From assembly GCA_019637675.1 (NCBI GenBank), contig JAHBVE010000003.1, positions 271,696-335,695 on the forward strand: DNA of 64,000 bases, given 5' to 3'. The notes under the pieces are model-generated. The model made no database searches. It saw only the letters and a program-made list of their open reading frames with translations, and was not told the origin of the DNA. The position numbers and the translations under genes are program-made. This stretch comes from Anaerolineales bacterium (GTDB taxonomy: Bacteria > Chloroflexota > Anaerolineae > Anaerolineales > UBA11579). Position 1 is the stretch's first letter. Every line of letters starts with the position of its first letter. Of this stretch, positions 1-10,466 are shown in pieces.

Positions 1-501
<501 letters not shown>

Positions 502-1350
502 CTAGACCACATCCGCAAAGGTGCGCTCCATGCTGCGGAAATACATCAGGCCGCTGACCAGCATCACTGAAGCGGATGCCAGCGAGACCCACAGCATGTC
601 TTGAGAATAGACGGGGATACCCAGCAGGGCCTGGCGGAAACCTTCGACCACGCCCACCAGCGGGTTGAGCGCGTACAACCATTGCCACTGCTGCGGCAGG
701 CGCTCAAAGATGCTCGAGGCCTCGTAGGCGATGGGGCTGGCCAGCATCCAAAACTGGGTCAGGAACGGGATGATGTACTTGACGTCACGATAGTGCACAT
801 TGAGCGCCGCCAGCCACAGGCCGACACCCAGCGCAGTGAGCAGCGTGATGAGCACATACACCGGCAGCAGCCACACAGCCGCGGGCGCGAACTGGTAATA
901 GACCATCATGCCGACCAGGATGAGGAAAGCCACCGCAAAATCGAGCACGCCGCTGAGGACGTTCGCCAGCGGCACAATAATGCGCGGGAAATAGACCTTG
1001 GTGATCATGTTGCGGTTGGCCACCAGCGAACGGCTGGCGTCGCTGACCGCGTTCGAGAACAGGTTCCAGGGCAGCAAGGCCGCGAAGGTGAACAGGGGGC
1101 GCGGCACGCCGCCGGTGGGCAGGCCGGCTACCTCGCCGAAGAGCAGGTTGAGCAGCAGCATCTGCAGCAAGGGCTGCAGGATGGCCCAGCCGCCACCCAG
1201 CAGGGTCTGCTTGTAGCGCACCAGGATGTCGCGCCAGGTGAGGAAAGCCACCAGCTCGCGGAAGTTCCACAACTCTCGGAAGTTGAGCCCCACCACGCCG
1301 CGCTGCGGCCGGATGAGCACTTTAGTGCTCTTGGTTAGTGCGCTGCTCAT
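502..1350 (-). CDS. ABC-2 type polysaccharide export permease (Wzm/TagG-like)
   Basis: 282 aa with about 6 hydrophobic spans. N-terminus ([36 protein letters not shown]) matches the ABC-2 permease signature. Directly followed by the cognate ATPase. Confidence 0.85.
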   Translation of the reverse strand: MSSALTKSTKVLIRPQRGVVGLNFRELWNFRELVAFLTWRDILVRYKQTLLGGGWAILQPLLQMLLLNLLFGEVAGLPTGGVPRPLFTFAALLPWNLFSNAVSDASRSLVANRNMITKVYFPRIIVPLANVLSGVLDFAVAFLILVGMMVYYQFAPAAVWLLPVYVLITLLTALGVGLWLAALNVHYRDVKYIIPFLTQFWMLASPIAYEASSIFERLPQQWQWLYALNPLVGVVEGFRQALLGIPVYSQDMLWVSLASASVMLVSGLMYFRSMERTFADVV

Positions 1351-2306
1351 TTAATCAGCTCAGTACGATGCTGCAAATACCAGTCAATGGTTTTGCGCAG
1401 CCCTTCTTCGAACTTGACCGCCGCTCGGAAACCGAAGAGTTCCTCGGCGCGGCTGACATCCAGCAGGCGGCGCGGCTGGCCGTTGGGGTACGCTTCGTTC
1501 CATACCAGCTCACCGCTGTAGGCAACGAGGCGGCTGATGAGCTCGGCCAGATCCTTGATGCTGATCTCATAGCCGGAGCCCAGGTTGACCGGCTCCTCGC
1601 CGTTGTAGCGCTCAGCGGCCAGCACGATGCCCTCGGCGGCGTCCTCTACATACAGGAACTCACGCGTGGGCGAGCCATCGCCCCATAGCTCCACCTGCGG
1701 GTCCCCGTTCTCTTTGGCTTCCACGAACTTACGAATCAGCGCCGGGATGACATGCGAGGAGGCGGGGTCAAAGTTGTCTTTGGGGCCGTACAGGTTCACC
1801 GGCAGCAGGAAGATGGCATTGAAGCCGTGCTGTTGGCGGTAGGCTTGCGCCTGCACCAGCAGCATCTTCTTGGCCAGGCCATAAGGCGCGTTGGTCTCTT
1901 CGGGATAGCCTTCCCATAATTCATCTTCGCGGAAGGGCGTGTTGGCAAATTTAGGATAGGCGCACACGGTGCCGAGGGCGACGAACTTATCCACGCCCTC
2001 CTCCCAGGCCTGGTGCATGAGGGGGATGCCCATCATGATGTTCTTGTAGAACAGGTCGGCCGGCTTCTCGCGGTTGAGGCCGATGCCGCCCGCCAGCGCG
2101 GCGATGTGAATGACCACATCCGGCTTGGCATCCTCCAGCATGCGGGCGATGTGCTCGGGCTGCACCAGGTCATAGTCTTTGCTGCGCGGCACAAAGATCT
2201 CCGTAGCGCCGCGCTGGCGCAGCTTCTCCACCACGAAGGAACCCAGGAAGCCGCCGCCGCCGGTGACGGTTACACGTTTGCCTGCCCAAAAATTTGTTTC
2301 AGCCAT
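1347..2306 (-). CDS. fcl: GDP-L-fucose synthase family NAD(P)-dependent epimerase/reductase
   Basis: 319 aa. Rossmann motif [10 protein letters not shown]. Long stretches resemble E. coli Fcl (NAPYGLAKK..., [44 protein letters not shown]). 4-nt overlap with the downstream permease gene. Confidence 0.8.
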   Translation of the reverse strand: MAETNFWAGKRVTVTGGGGFLGSFVVEKLRQRGATEIFVPRSKDYDLVQPEHIARMLEDAKPDVVIHIAALAGGIGLNREKPADLFYKNIMMGIPLMHQAWEEGVDKFVALGTVCAYPKFANTPFREDELWEGYPEETNAPYGLAKKMLLVQAQAYRQQHGFNAIFLLPVNLYGPKDNFDPASSHVIPALIRKFVEAKENGDPQVELWGDGSPTREFLYVEDAAEGIVLAAERYNGEEPVNLGSGYEISIKDLAELISRLVAYSGELVWNEAYPNGQPRRLLDVSRAEELFGFRAAVKFEEGLRKTIDWYLQHRTELIK

Positions 2307-2314
2307 TCTTCACC

Positions 2315-3319
2315 TTACTGCACAATGAACTGCGCATTGCGAAAGCGCGGGTTGTGCGGGTCTTTGATCAAGCCATCCTGCAGGGCATGCAACAGCTCGC
2401 GGATGCCGTCATCTACGTTGTAGCGGGTCTGGTAGCCAAGCACGCGGCGCACTTTTTCGAACGAGACGCTGATGTCGCGCATATCGCCGCCGAAGGTCAG
2501 GTCTTTGTAGTTCACGATGATCTCGGGCAGGCGTTTGATGATCAGCCCCACGATCTCATCCTTGCGGTAATTGCCCGACTCGTCGCCCAGATTGAAGATC
2601 TCGCCGCGCACTTTGTCCTCAGGGGCGTCCAGGCCCAGCAGGATGCCGGCCACAATGTCGCGCACATGCACGAACGAGCGCGAGTAGCCGCGCTGGTAAA
2701 TCAGCAGCTCACGTTTGGTGAACGCATCGAGCACAAATTGATTGACGATCAGGTCAAAGCGCGTGCGCGGCGAAATACCGAACAGCGTCGCGAAGCGGAA
2801 GATGACCGGCGTGCAGGCCGAATCTTTCTGGCCCAGCAGATACTCCTCGGCGGCGATCTTGGTCTCAGCATACAGAGACTGCGGGTGCAGCGGAGACTCC
2901 TCTGTCACCAGTTCCCCGTCGCCGGATTGGCCGTAGTTGCTGTACGTGGAAGAGAAGACGAAACGCTTGGCGCCCATCTCGGCCGCCTGCTCGAAGACGC
3001 GTTGGGTGGTCTCCACGTTGTAGTGCCAGGCCACGGACTTGCCTACGGCCTGGCAGGCCGGGAAGCCCACGATGCCCGCCAGATGCACGATCGCATCCGG
3101 CTGGGCGCCAGTGCGCAGCAGCTGGCGGAAGGTGTGCGGCTCGCCCACATCCGCCTTGATGAACTTGAAGTTGGGATGGGCCAGGTAAGCCACCAACGAA
3201 TCGCCGCCGAACAGCAGCTTGTCCATCACGGTCACCTGGTGGCCGCGCTGCAAAAGCTCGCCCGCCAACAGGGAACCGATATAGCCGGCGCCGCCCGTGA
3301 TCACGATGTGCTGGCTCAC
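2315..3319 (-). CDS. NAD-dependent nucleotide-sugar epimerase/dehydratase (SDR family)
   Basis: Rossmann motif ITGGAGYIGS near the N-terminus; extended-SDR catalytic region with YAETK. Start trimmed to the GTG at 3317-3319, which overlaps (GTGA) the stop of the upstream regulator. The longer track ORF (to 3433) would overlap that gene. Confidence 0.8.
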   Translation of the reverse strand: MSQHIVITGGAGYIGSLLAGELLQRGHQVTVMDKLLFGGDSLVAYLAHPNFKFIKADVGEPHTFRQLLRTGAQPDAIVHLAGIVGFPACQAVGKSVAWHYNVETTQRVFEQAAEMGAKRFVFSSTYSNYGQSGDGELVTEESPLHPQSLYAETKIAAEEYLLGQKDSACTPVIFRFATLFGISPRTRFDLIVNQFVLDAFTKRELLIYQRGYSRSFVHVRDIVAGILLGLDAPEDKVRGEIFNLGDESGNYRKDEIVGLIIKRLPEIIVNYKDLTFGGDMRDISVSFEKVRRVLGYQTRYNVDDGIRELLHALQDGLIKDPHNPRFRNAQFIVQ

Positions 3320-3834
3320 GCGCGTTTCTCCACAGCGTCTGGCTCCATGATGAGGTGTACTTTGTGCCCGGTGATGCGCAAGGTAGCTGCCTCGCGGTTG
3401 TTCGACTCTATGGGCATGCCTTGTTCCATGCAAGTCAATTTGCAGATATCCAGAATGTCGTCCGGGCTGCCGGGGGCCACTTCAATGCGCACCGCCCAGG
3501 CTCCGGCGGCGCGGGCCTCGGCCAGCAGCGCCTGCACCCGGCTGCGGGTGCGGCGGTACAGGGCCATGGACTGCTCCACATAATCCACCGTCAGGCGGGC
3601 ACGCAGGCTCAGCCCCTGGGGCGTGATGATGTAGCGCAGCTTGCGGCGCTGGGCGCGGGTCACCTTGACGTAGCCCTTGGAGATCAGGCGCTTGAGGTGC
3701 CAGTTGACCGTACCCACCGCCACGCCCAACTGGCCTGCCAATGAGGCCTGGGTGACGTCTGGGTCGGTTTCGATATGCTCCAGCAGAAGGAGATCCCGCG
3801 CGGGATCGGCGTGTTGTTCCATAGGGTGCGCCAA
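3316..3834 (-). CDS. Winged-helix transcriptional regulator with about 90-aa C-terminal domain (paralog of 19324..19812)
   Basis: 172 aa. wHTH segment TQASLAGQLGVAVGTVNWHLKRLISKGYVKVTRAQRRKLRYIITPQG aligns with TQAGLASRLGMAIGSVNWYIKRLISRGYLKATRMDRTRLRYNLTGEG in the second copy. Translationally coupled to the downstream epimerase. Confidence 0.7.
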   Translation of the reverse strand: MAHPMEQHADPARDLLLLEHIETDPDVTQASLAGQLGVAVGTVNWHLKRLISKGYVKVTRAQRRKLRYIITPQGLSLRARLTVDYVEQSMALYRRTRSRVQALLAEARAAGAWAVRIEVAPGSPDDILDICKLTCMEQGMPIESNNREAATLRITGHKVHLIMEPDAVEKRA

Positions 3835-3872
3835 AATTCAGGCGCTGAATTATAACGTCAGGGAACTAAAGG

Positions 3873-5405
3873 TCAAGCGCGCAGCCAGTCCCACAGAAGG
3901 TAGAGCGCGCAGCTCACCAGCCCGATGCCGACCACCTGGTAGATCTCCACGATCGGCCACCAATCCAAGCCAAAATAGCGCCGGATATACCACAGCAGGA
4001 AGCTGGCGCACATCAGTGCTGCGCAGACCAAAGCGCGCCGCAGCCAGGGGTCTGTCCCACGCTTGTGCTCGAACCAGGCCCAGGCCGCCATCATCACCTG
4101 GATGGCGGCAAAAGCGCTGCGGTAGCGCGGGTTATCCCACATGTCACCGCCGGCCCGGTACGAAGCCACCAGGCTGACCGCCCAGCTGAATAGCAGCAGC
4201 GCCCCGGGCAGTTGCAGCCAGGCCCGCTTGCGCCAAACAAGGTAAGTGGCATACAGCAGCATGGCCAACAAGACCGTCCAGCCCAGCGCCCGCCAGATCC
4301 CGATGATGTCCCACACCAGCAGGCCGCGGGCAACCAGGGCGGCGGGCAGCAGCGGGCGCACCAGGCCATACAGCACCACGAATGGAATATGCACCCACTC
4401 CGGCATGAGCCTGAATTGGCGCGCGATCCAGCCGGAGCCGCTGGCGCTCACATACACCTGCCAGGCAGCTGACTGCACCAGCCACTGCTCGCGCAGATCG
4501 ACGAATAGCCACACATATAACAGCGCCAGCACAGCGGCCAGACCCAGCCCGATCTGGACGCGGCGGTCACGCAATATGCGCCACTCGGTGAGCGCCAGGT
4601 AGCAAACCAGCAGGAACAACAGCAGCGATGCGATGAACGGCCAGGAGAGGATGGCGGCGCTGATGAACGCCACCGCCAGCAATGTTAGCCCGCCGCGCCG
4701 CTCGCCAGACAGGACGCGCTGCAAGCCCAACAGCGCCATCGGCAACAGGCAGACGGTGAAGGCTTCACGCATCTGCGATGAGCCCAGTAGCGCCGCCTCC
4801 GGGTACAGGGCCAACCCCCACGCCGCCCACAGCGCCACTTGTTTGCCAAACGCGCGCCGGGTGGCCGCCCAGGCGAAGGCCACCGCCAACCCGGAGACGG
4901 CCGCAGCCGGCACCAGCGCCAGCAGGGGCTGGTGCACCGCGCCGCCAAAATAGCGGTACAAGGCCGCGCTGATGAACAGTAGCCCGCCGTACTGGTCGGT
5001 GATGCTGTAGCCGCTGAACGCGGCGACCAGCGGCTCATCCGACTCGGCCAGCTGCCAGGCGGCCTGGTCGCGGTTGTAGGCATCCTGCATGACGTAGCCG
5101 GCGCGCTGTACATCAGTGTCATGGCCGCCCACCGGCAGCGCCACCAGCCACACCGCGCCCAAGGCCAGGCGGAACAAGGCCGCGCCCAGGGTCAAACCCA
5201 GCAGCCAGCGCGGCATCTGTTCAGCCGCCAGGTTGCGCCAAGCCAGCCAATACACAAGGCCCATCAGAGCGATCGCCAGCACAAATGAAACCCAGCTCTG
5301 CAGCGACACAAACCCCGTAGACACCCACGCCAAGCCTAAGCCCAGCAGAACGCAGCCGCCTGCCAGCCAAATGGGATTGGGGGATGAAGTAGTTTTCTTC
5401 GCCAT
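3873..5405 (-). CDS. Polytopic integral membrane protein, GT-C-like glycosyltransferase/polymerase/ligase candidate
   Basis: 510 aa, more than 10 hydrophobic spans, W/L/A-rich, located inside the glycan locus. No soluble catalytic domain recognised. Family assignment is inference. Confidence 0.6.
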   Translation of the reverse strand: MAKKTTSSPNPIWLAGGCVLLGLGLAWVSTGFVSLQSWVSFVLAIALMGLVYWLAWRNLAAEQMPRWLLGLTLGAALFRLALGAVWLVALPVGGHDTDVQRAGYVMQDAYNRDQAAWQLAESDEPLVAAFSGYSITDQYGGLLFISAALYRYFGGAVHQPLLALVPAAAVSGLAVAFAWAATRRAFGKQVALWAAWGLALYPEAALLGSSQMREAFTVCLLPMALLGLQRVLSGERRGGLTLLAVAFISAAILSWPFIASLLLFLLVCYLALTEWRILRDRRVQIGLGLAAVLALLYVWLFVDLREQWLVQSAAWQVYVSASGSGWIARQFRLMPEWVHIPFVVLYGLVRPLLPAALVARGLLVWDIIGIWRALGWTVLLAMLLYATYLVWRKRAWLQLPGALLLFSWAVSLVASYRAGGDMWDNPRYRSAFAAIQVMMAAWAWFEHKRGTDPWLRRALVCAALMCASFLLWYIRRYFGLDWWPIVEIYQVVGIGLVSCALYLLWDWLRA

Positions 5406-5465
5406 TCAGGAAAACCTCAATGAGTTCTGCGTTGTCTACACGACCTGCTTAATGCTACCAGCGAG

Positions 5466-6626
5466 CTACTTCCGCGCCGCAAAGCGGCGCAACAGCTCCT
5501 CGATCAGTTTGGCATACGCCGCGCCCATCACGTCTACCGTGTAGTTTTGCTGAGCTTCCTGTTGAGCGGCCGCGCCCAAGTGGCCACGTAGGCCCGCGTC
5601 GCCGATCAGGCGTCGCAAAGCCTCGGCCATACCTTCGGGATCCTTAAGCTCCACCAGCAAGGCGGTGCGCTCATCCTCGAGTACGTCGGTAGCCGCTTCA
5701 ATGCGCGTGGCTACGATGGGCAAGCCGGCAAACATGGCTTCGAGCAGGGCCAGCGACATACCTTCCCAAAGCGAAGGCTGCACAAAGATGTCCGCCGCCT
5801 CTAACAGCTGCGGCACATCGCTGCGCACGCCGGCAAAGCGCACTCGCGCCGCGATGCCAAGCTGGCTAGCTTTGTCTTCAAGTTCAGCCTGCAATGGGCC
5901 TTGCCCAACGAAGGCGAACACGGCGGCTGGTTCATCCAGCACTTTGATCGCATCCAAAAGGTATGTGTGGCCTTTTTGCACCACCAAGCGGCCCACGGTC
6001 AGCAGCAGCAGCTGGCCGGGTAGCACGCCCAGCGCGGCGCGCAAAGAGTCCTTTTGTTGCGGAGACAAGCCAAGCTGGGGAGGATGGATGCCGTTGTCGA
6101 TCACCACCAGTTTTTCAGGCGCGGCGCCTTCTGTGCGCATCGCCAGGCTGCGCACCTGGTTCGACACGCACACCATGCGCGTGCACAGGGTCGAGTTGGT
6201 GAGGCGGCCGTGCAGCCAGATCAGCAGGCGGGGCGTGTTCTCGGGATGGCTGTGGTGTGTGCCGATACGGGTGCGGACGCCGGCCAGCCACGCCAAGGGC
6301 AGCCCAAGCAAATTGCTATGCGGCGTATGGGTGATCACTACCTTGCTGCGCCTCAGGAGGCCAGCTAGGCGCAGCAAGGCCCCGGCCAGGCGCACTAGAT
6401 TGGAAAGCACAAAGCCGCCATACTTCCAACCATTCAGCGAGGTCACCGAGAACGGGCGGGATGCCTGCCACTCGACAGCCAGACCCTGCTTGTCATACAA
6501 AAAAACGGCTTGCACGGGGTAGCCATGCTGGTGAAGGTATTCGGCCTGCGAGAGCAGGACGCGCTGCGCGCCAGCCACTTCCATCTGGGTTCCGAGCAAA
6601 AGTATTGAAGGTTTGTGGGTGGACAT
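5466..6626 (-). CDS. Glycosyltransferase family 4 (GT-B, group 1)
   Basis: 386 aa. C-terminal GT4 signature PSLWEGMSLALLEAMFAGLPIVATR. Confidence 0.85.
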   Translation of the reverse strand: MSTHKPSILLLGTQMEVAGAQRVLLSQAEYLHQHGYPVQAVFLYDKQGLAVEWQASRPFSVTSLNGWKYGGFVLSNLVRLAGALLRLAGLLRRSKVVITHTPHSNLLGLPLAWLAGVRTRIGTHHSHPENTPRLLIWLHGRLTNSTLCTRMVCVSNQVRSLAMRTEGAAPEKLVVIDNGIHPPQLGLSPQQKDSLRAALGVLPGQLLLLTVGRLVVQKGHTYLLDAIKVLDEPAAVFAFVGQGPLQAELEDKASQLGIAARVRFAGVRSDVPQLLEAADIFVQPSLWEGMSLALLEAMFAGLPIVATRIEAATDVLEDERTALLVELKDPEGMAEALRRLIGDAGLRGHLGAAAQQEAQQNYTVDVMGAAYAKLIEELLRRFAARK

Positions 6627-6638
6627 GAGGCGTTGCGA

Positions 6639-7595
6639 TTATAACGAGCCGCTATTTGCCGGATAACGCTGCTTACGCAGCCCGCCGATGAGCCAGCGCC
6701 GCACGCCGGCGGGCAGCCAGGTAGCGACCCAGGCTGCCCAGGCCCGCAGGCTGAACGGGCTGCGCCGCAGGGCCAGCGCCAAATGCTGGCGGGCTACCTG
6801 CATCTGCGGGCCGCCGCCTTCGCCAAGCAGGTTCTGAGCAAGATTTATGTAGAGGGTCACCCACGCCCTGCGCCAAAAGTCGCGGCCCTGGCTTGCGTCT
6901 TCCTGCTCGGCTTTGTGCATGTAGCGCACAAAGCCTTCGCTGGCGTCTGTCTTGTCATAGCTGGTACTTTGAGAGTGGACACGCACGCGCACCAGGCTCT
7001 CCGACACAAGGTCAATCGGATATTTGCGCACGACCCTGCGCCACAGGTCAAGATCTTCGGCCCAGTGCATGCTTTCATCGAAGCCGCCGGCCTCCAGGAA
7101 GACATCCTTGCGGATCAGCAAGCATGGCATCGCCATCAGCACCGACCATTCGGTCAGGATCTGTGGATAGACAAACCCGCGGAACACAGAGGTATCGCGC
7201 ACGCCCAGTTCTTCACCGGCATCCGTGAACTTGGAGAACCAGCAATGCACAAAACCCAGTTCGGGATTCTTGTCGAAGACCGCCATCTGCTCTTCCAGCT
7301 TGGTCGGCATGAACAGGTCATCTGAATCCAGAAAGGCAATGTATTCGCCCTGCGCCTGCTGCACGCCAAAGTTGCGCGCCGCCGAAACCCCCTGTGGCTC
7401 GCGCACAAAGTAGCGCAGCCTGCCCTCGGCCGCCATTGGCTGCAGGAGCTCGGCCGTATTATCGGTCGAACCGTCATCGACCACAACAATTTCGTAGTCA
7501 GTGAAGGTTTGCGCGAAGATACTGTCGAGCGCTTGCAGCAAGTAGCCCGCCCGGTTGCGGGTAGGGATCACAACGCTGACACGCGGCGCCATCAC
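6639..7595 (-). CDS. Glycosyltransferase family 2
   Basis: 318 aa. N-terminal VSVVIPTRNRAGYL...VVDDGSTDNT...FLDSDD (GT-A DxD) signature. Confidence 0.85.
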   Translation of the reverse strand: MMAPRVSVVIPTRNRAGYLLQALDSIFAQTFTDYEIVVVDDGSTDNTAELLQPMAAEGRLRYFVREPQGVSAARNFGVQQAQGEYIAFLDSDDLFMPTKLEEQMAVFDKNPELGFVHCWFSKFTDAGEELGVRDTSVFRGFVYPQILTEWSVLMAMPCLLIRKDVFLEAGGFDESMHWAEDLDLWRRVVRKYPIDLVSESLVRVRVHSQSTSYDKTDASEGFVRYMHKAEQEDASQGRDFWRRAWVTLYINLAQNLLGEGGGPQMQVARQHLALALRRSPFSLRAWAAWVATWLPAGVRRWLIGGLRKQRYPANSGSL

Positions 7596-8521
7596 ACTTC
7601 CCTCTTCAAGCGCTTATGCAGCCAGGCTAATAGCCCGAGACGCTCTAATAGTGCACGAAGTGCGAAGCGAAGCCGGCCGAGCAGCCACAACGGCTTGCGC
7701 CGTTTGAGATAGGCTGCGTAACCTGGCAGCAGATCAGCCAAGGCGCGCCACTCGCCAAAATTTTGTACAGCTTCCAGGCGGAGGTTGCGCGCCGCGGCCA
7801 CAAGCTCCGGCTTCACCTTGTCATACACACCGTAGCGCAACTGCACCGCCGTGCGCTCCAGCACCGCTTCCTGGCCGCCCTCGCGCGTGCTCAAGCCGGT
7901 CTCGGCGTCTGTGAAACAGCCCAGCACGCCCTCCACGCGGCCCATTGGCAGGCGGCTGGCGGCCATGCGCAGCGAAAGATCCATATCGGCCGCCACGCGC
8001 AACTGCTCATCAAAATAGCCGGCCCGCTCACTCACCTCGCGGCGCAAGACCCAGAACGCCCCACCTTGCGCGAACGCCCGCGCAAAATGGCGGGCGCTGT
8101 AAGCGGGTGTATGGCGGCGTTCGCCCTCCTGCGCGCCATAGCGCGGCACCGATACGTAATCGCCATAGCACAAGGCCCAGTCGTTGCCGGTCATGGCTTC
8201 GACCTGACGCTGCAAAGAGTCTGGCACGCGGCAGTCATCAATATTCCAGATCGCCAACAGTGGCGCACGCGCGGCGGCCCAGGCCCGGTTCCACGATGCG
8301 CCCAGCGTCTCGCGCGGTACTTCGATCACCTGCACCCGTTCGGGATGCTTGGTTTGAAAAGCCTGCACAAGCTGGCGCTCTTTTGCAGAGGGTTCGTTGC
8401 ACACAAAGATCACTTCAAGTTCCGGGAAAAGCGTTTGCTGCTCCACCTGGGCGCAATAGGCGGCCAGGTATTCCTCGCCTCTGTATACCGAGGTCAAAAC
8501 GCTGAGCCTGGGCGCGCTCAT
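7592..8521 (-). CDS. Glycosyltransferase family 2-like
   Basis: 309 aa. LSVLTSVYRGEEYL... and NIDDCR (DxD-like) fit the GT-A pattern. 4-nt overlaps on both sides. Confidence 0.7.
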   Translation of the reverse strand: MSAPRLSVLTSVYRGEEYLAAYCAQVEQQTLFPELEVIFVCNEPSAKERQLVQAFQTKHPERVQVIEVPRETLGASWNRAWAAARAPLLAIWNIDDCRVPDSLQRQVEAMTGNDWALCYGDYVSVPRYGAQEGERRHTPAYSARHFARAFAQGGAFWVLRREVSERAGYFDEQLRVAADMDLSLRMAASRLPMGRVEGVLGCFTDAETGLSTREGGQEAVLERTAVQLRYGVYDKVKPELVAAARNLRLEAVQNFGEWRALADLLPGYAAYLKRRKPLWLLGRLRFALRALLERLGLLAWLHKRLKREV

Positions 8522-9687
8522 AACCCGTGGCGCTCCATCTCATCAAACGCCGTGACCGCGCCGCGCACAAAATCGCGCGTCGTCCAGGCTCCGGCTCGCG
8601 TGCGCCCAGCCTCGATAAGCCGCCGGCGCAGCGCGGCGTCCCCATGCACGCTACGGATAGCTGCAGCGATCGCGCCGGGGTCTGTGGGGTCGGCCAGTAC
8701 CGCTGCCGCGCCCATCTGCTCTTCGGCGCCCGGCACCCTGGCGGCGACGACTGGGCAACCCAGAGCGAACGCCTCCAGCGGCGGCAGATTCTCCGGCCCA
8801 AAGAAGCTCATATACGTCAGCGCCAGCGCATTGCGATACAGGACATACAGATCTTCGCGGCTCACAAAGTCGAGTAGCTTAACCTGGTCTTGCAAGCCCA
8901 GCTGGCGGATCAGGCTGACAATGCTGCGTTTGGCGCCAAAATCTGCGCCGGTGAGCACCAGCTGCAAAGCCAGTCCGTCTTGCTTCAACGCCGCTACGGC
9001 CCGCAGCAGGTTGGCGTGATTTTTGTGCTGCCACAGCTGAGCCGGGTACAGCAAATAGCCGGGCTGCAGCCCAAAATCCTGCAGCACGCTGGCATCCTCC
9101 CCGGCAACTGCGTCCAGCGCAGCCTGCGGGGTGGGGTGCGGCAGCAAGATCACGCGTTCGGGGGGAACAGCATAGAAACGGACGATCTCGGCGCGCCCGG
9201 CCTGGTTACCGGCCACAATGGCGCGGGCGCGCGGCAGCCAGCGGCGATAGTGGCTCTCGCGCACCTGCCACTCACCGCCGGCGCTGACCTCAGGGAACTG
9301 CGGCTGCAAGCGGTGCTGCAGGTCCAACACCAGCGGCACAAAAGGCATGCGTATGCCACGGATGCGCGGGCTCAAGAACCAGGCGATGTCTGCGCCCGCC
9401 TGGGCTATGTGGTGCTCCAGGCTGGAACGCCATGCGAGCTTGTCTTCTAATTCAGGAAAATAGCGGAAGAGCTTGAGCATGGCGCGCTCAACGATCCCGG
9501 GTTTGGAATACAGCCGGAACGAGAGTTTGGGATTCGGCTCAAGATCGATCCTGGTTGGACTGAATACGATGAATTCGTGATTCGTGTTGGCGGCGCCGGC
9601 GGTCAGCGCACGCAGCACTTCGCCCTGGAAGGTGAAGGCGCCGCCATCGTGAGTAAAGTATTGGTCAAGTACAACGGCGATCTTCAT
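8518..9687 (-). CDS. Glycosyltransferase family 4
   Basis: Start trimmed to MKIAVVLDQYF (ATG 9685-9687), just after the stop of the upstream methyltransferase. GT4 signature FFGPENLPPLEAFALGCPVVAARVPG. Confidence 0.8.
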   Translation of the reverse strand: MKIAVVLDQYFTHDGGAFTFQGEVLRALTAGAANTNHEFIVFSPTRIDLEPNPKLSFRLYSKPGIVERAMLKLFRYFPELEDKLAWRSSLEHHIAQAGADIAWFLSPRIRGIRMPFVPLVLDLQHRLQPQFPEVSAGGEWQVRESHYRRWLPRARAIVAGNQAGRAEIVRFYAVPPERVILLPHPTPQAALDAVAGEDASVLQDFGLQPGYLLYPAQLWQHKNHANLLRAVAALKQDGLALQLVLTGADFGAKRSIVSLIRQLGLQDQVKLLDFVSREDLYVLYRNALALTYMSFFGPENLPPLEAFALGCPVVAARVPGAEEQMGAAAVLADPTDPGAIAAAIRSVHGDAALRRRLIEAGRTRAGAWTTRDFVRGAVTAFDEMERHGL

Positions 9688-9695
9688 TGGCCCTG

Positions 9696-10466
9696 CTAGG
9701 CTTTTTGGGCAACGACCATCACATGCCAGGTGTCCAGATCGATCGCCTGGCCGGGCTGATAGGCCGGCAGCCATTCCAACGCGTTGAAGCCGGCGGTCTG
9801 CAAGAACAACGCCATCTCTTGCACAAGAAAATAGCGATTGAGCTGGGTTTCCTCCAGCTCGGCAACGAGGTTGCCAGCCGTATCGGTCTCGCGCAAGCGG
9901 TAGTGCACCTCCGCCAACTGGCGATCGACATGCAGAACCGTGCGGGATGTACGCGCCAGCTCGCCGTTGGGCAAAGGCCAGCTCGCCTGGCGCTCAGGCT
10001 CGTAACCGCGCAGCATGGCGGCCGCATGCCAGAATTCCAGGATCAGCAAGCCTTGCTGGCGCAACGCCGCCGCGGCGTTTTGCAGCACGCGCAGGATCGC
10101 TTCATTGGTCTGCACATAGCCGATGGAATCGAACAAGCAATACACCGCGTCAAACACGCGGTTGCCCAACTGCAGATCACGCATGTCCTGCAACTGGAAG
10201 TCAACGGCGGAGCCGCGGCGCTGGGCTTGCGCCCGGGCTACCTCCAGTAGATCGGCAGAATAGTCGGTGGCGAGGATTTGGTAACCCAGCTGCTCAAGCT
10301 CAAAGGCGTGCCGGCCGGTGCCGCAGGCCAGTTCCAGCAAGGTCTTCGTTTCGCCGTGGGCGTTGCAGCGCAGGCAGGCATCCACGAAGGCCGCTTCGTC
10401 CTTGTACGGCTTGTTGGCATAGATGTGATCGTAGTACTCGGCGTACTTGCCGAGGTACGAGCCCAC
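9696..10466 (-). CDS. Class I SAM-dependent methyltransferase, TylM1/DesVI-like (aminosugar N-methyltransferase candidate)
   Basis: 256 aa. SAM motif I LELACGTGRH. DMRDLQLGNRVFDAVYCLFDSIGYV and LLILEFWH resemble the sugar N,N-dimethyltransferase family. Sits directly after a DegT aminotransferase. Confidence 0.7.
   Translation of the reverse strand: MGSYLGKYAEYYDHIYANKPYKDEAAFVDACLRCNAHGETKTLLELACGTGRHAFELEQLGYQILATDYSADLLEVARAQAQRRGSAVDFQLQDMRDLQLGNRVFDAVYCLFDSIGYVQTNEAILRVLQNAAAALRQQGLLILEFWHAAAMLRGYEPERQASWPLPNGELARTSRTVLHVDRQLAEVHYRLRETDTAGNLVAELEETQLNRYFLVQEMALFLQTAGFNALEWLPAYQPGQAIDLDTWHVMVVAQKA

Noticed and set aside
2294-3583. 429-aa plus-strand ORF overlapping the epimerase and regulator genes
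   Set aside because: It is the antisense shadow of well-supported minus-strand genes. It has an R/A/H/Q/L-rich low-information composition and no recognisable motif. Long stop-free antisense frames are expected in high-GC DNA.
7763-9019. 418-aa plus-strand ORF across two glycosyltransferase genes. Similar long antisense ORFs lie at 10278..11870, 22499..23470, 38929..40407, 41692..42840, 52775..54076, 60085..61077 and 27089..28093.
   Set aside because: All lie opposite CDSs with clear family motifs, have Arg/Ala/Gly/His-rich composition and no domain signatures. They are treated as GC-content artefacts, not overlapping genes.
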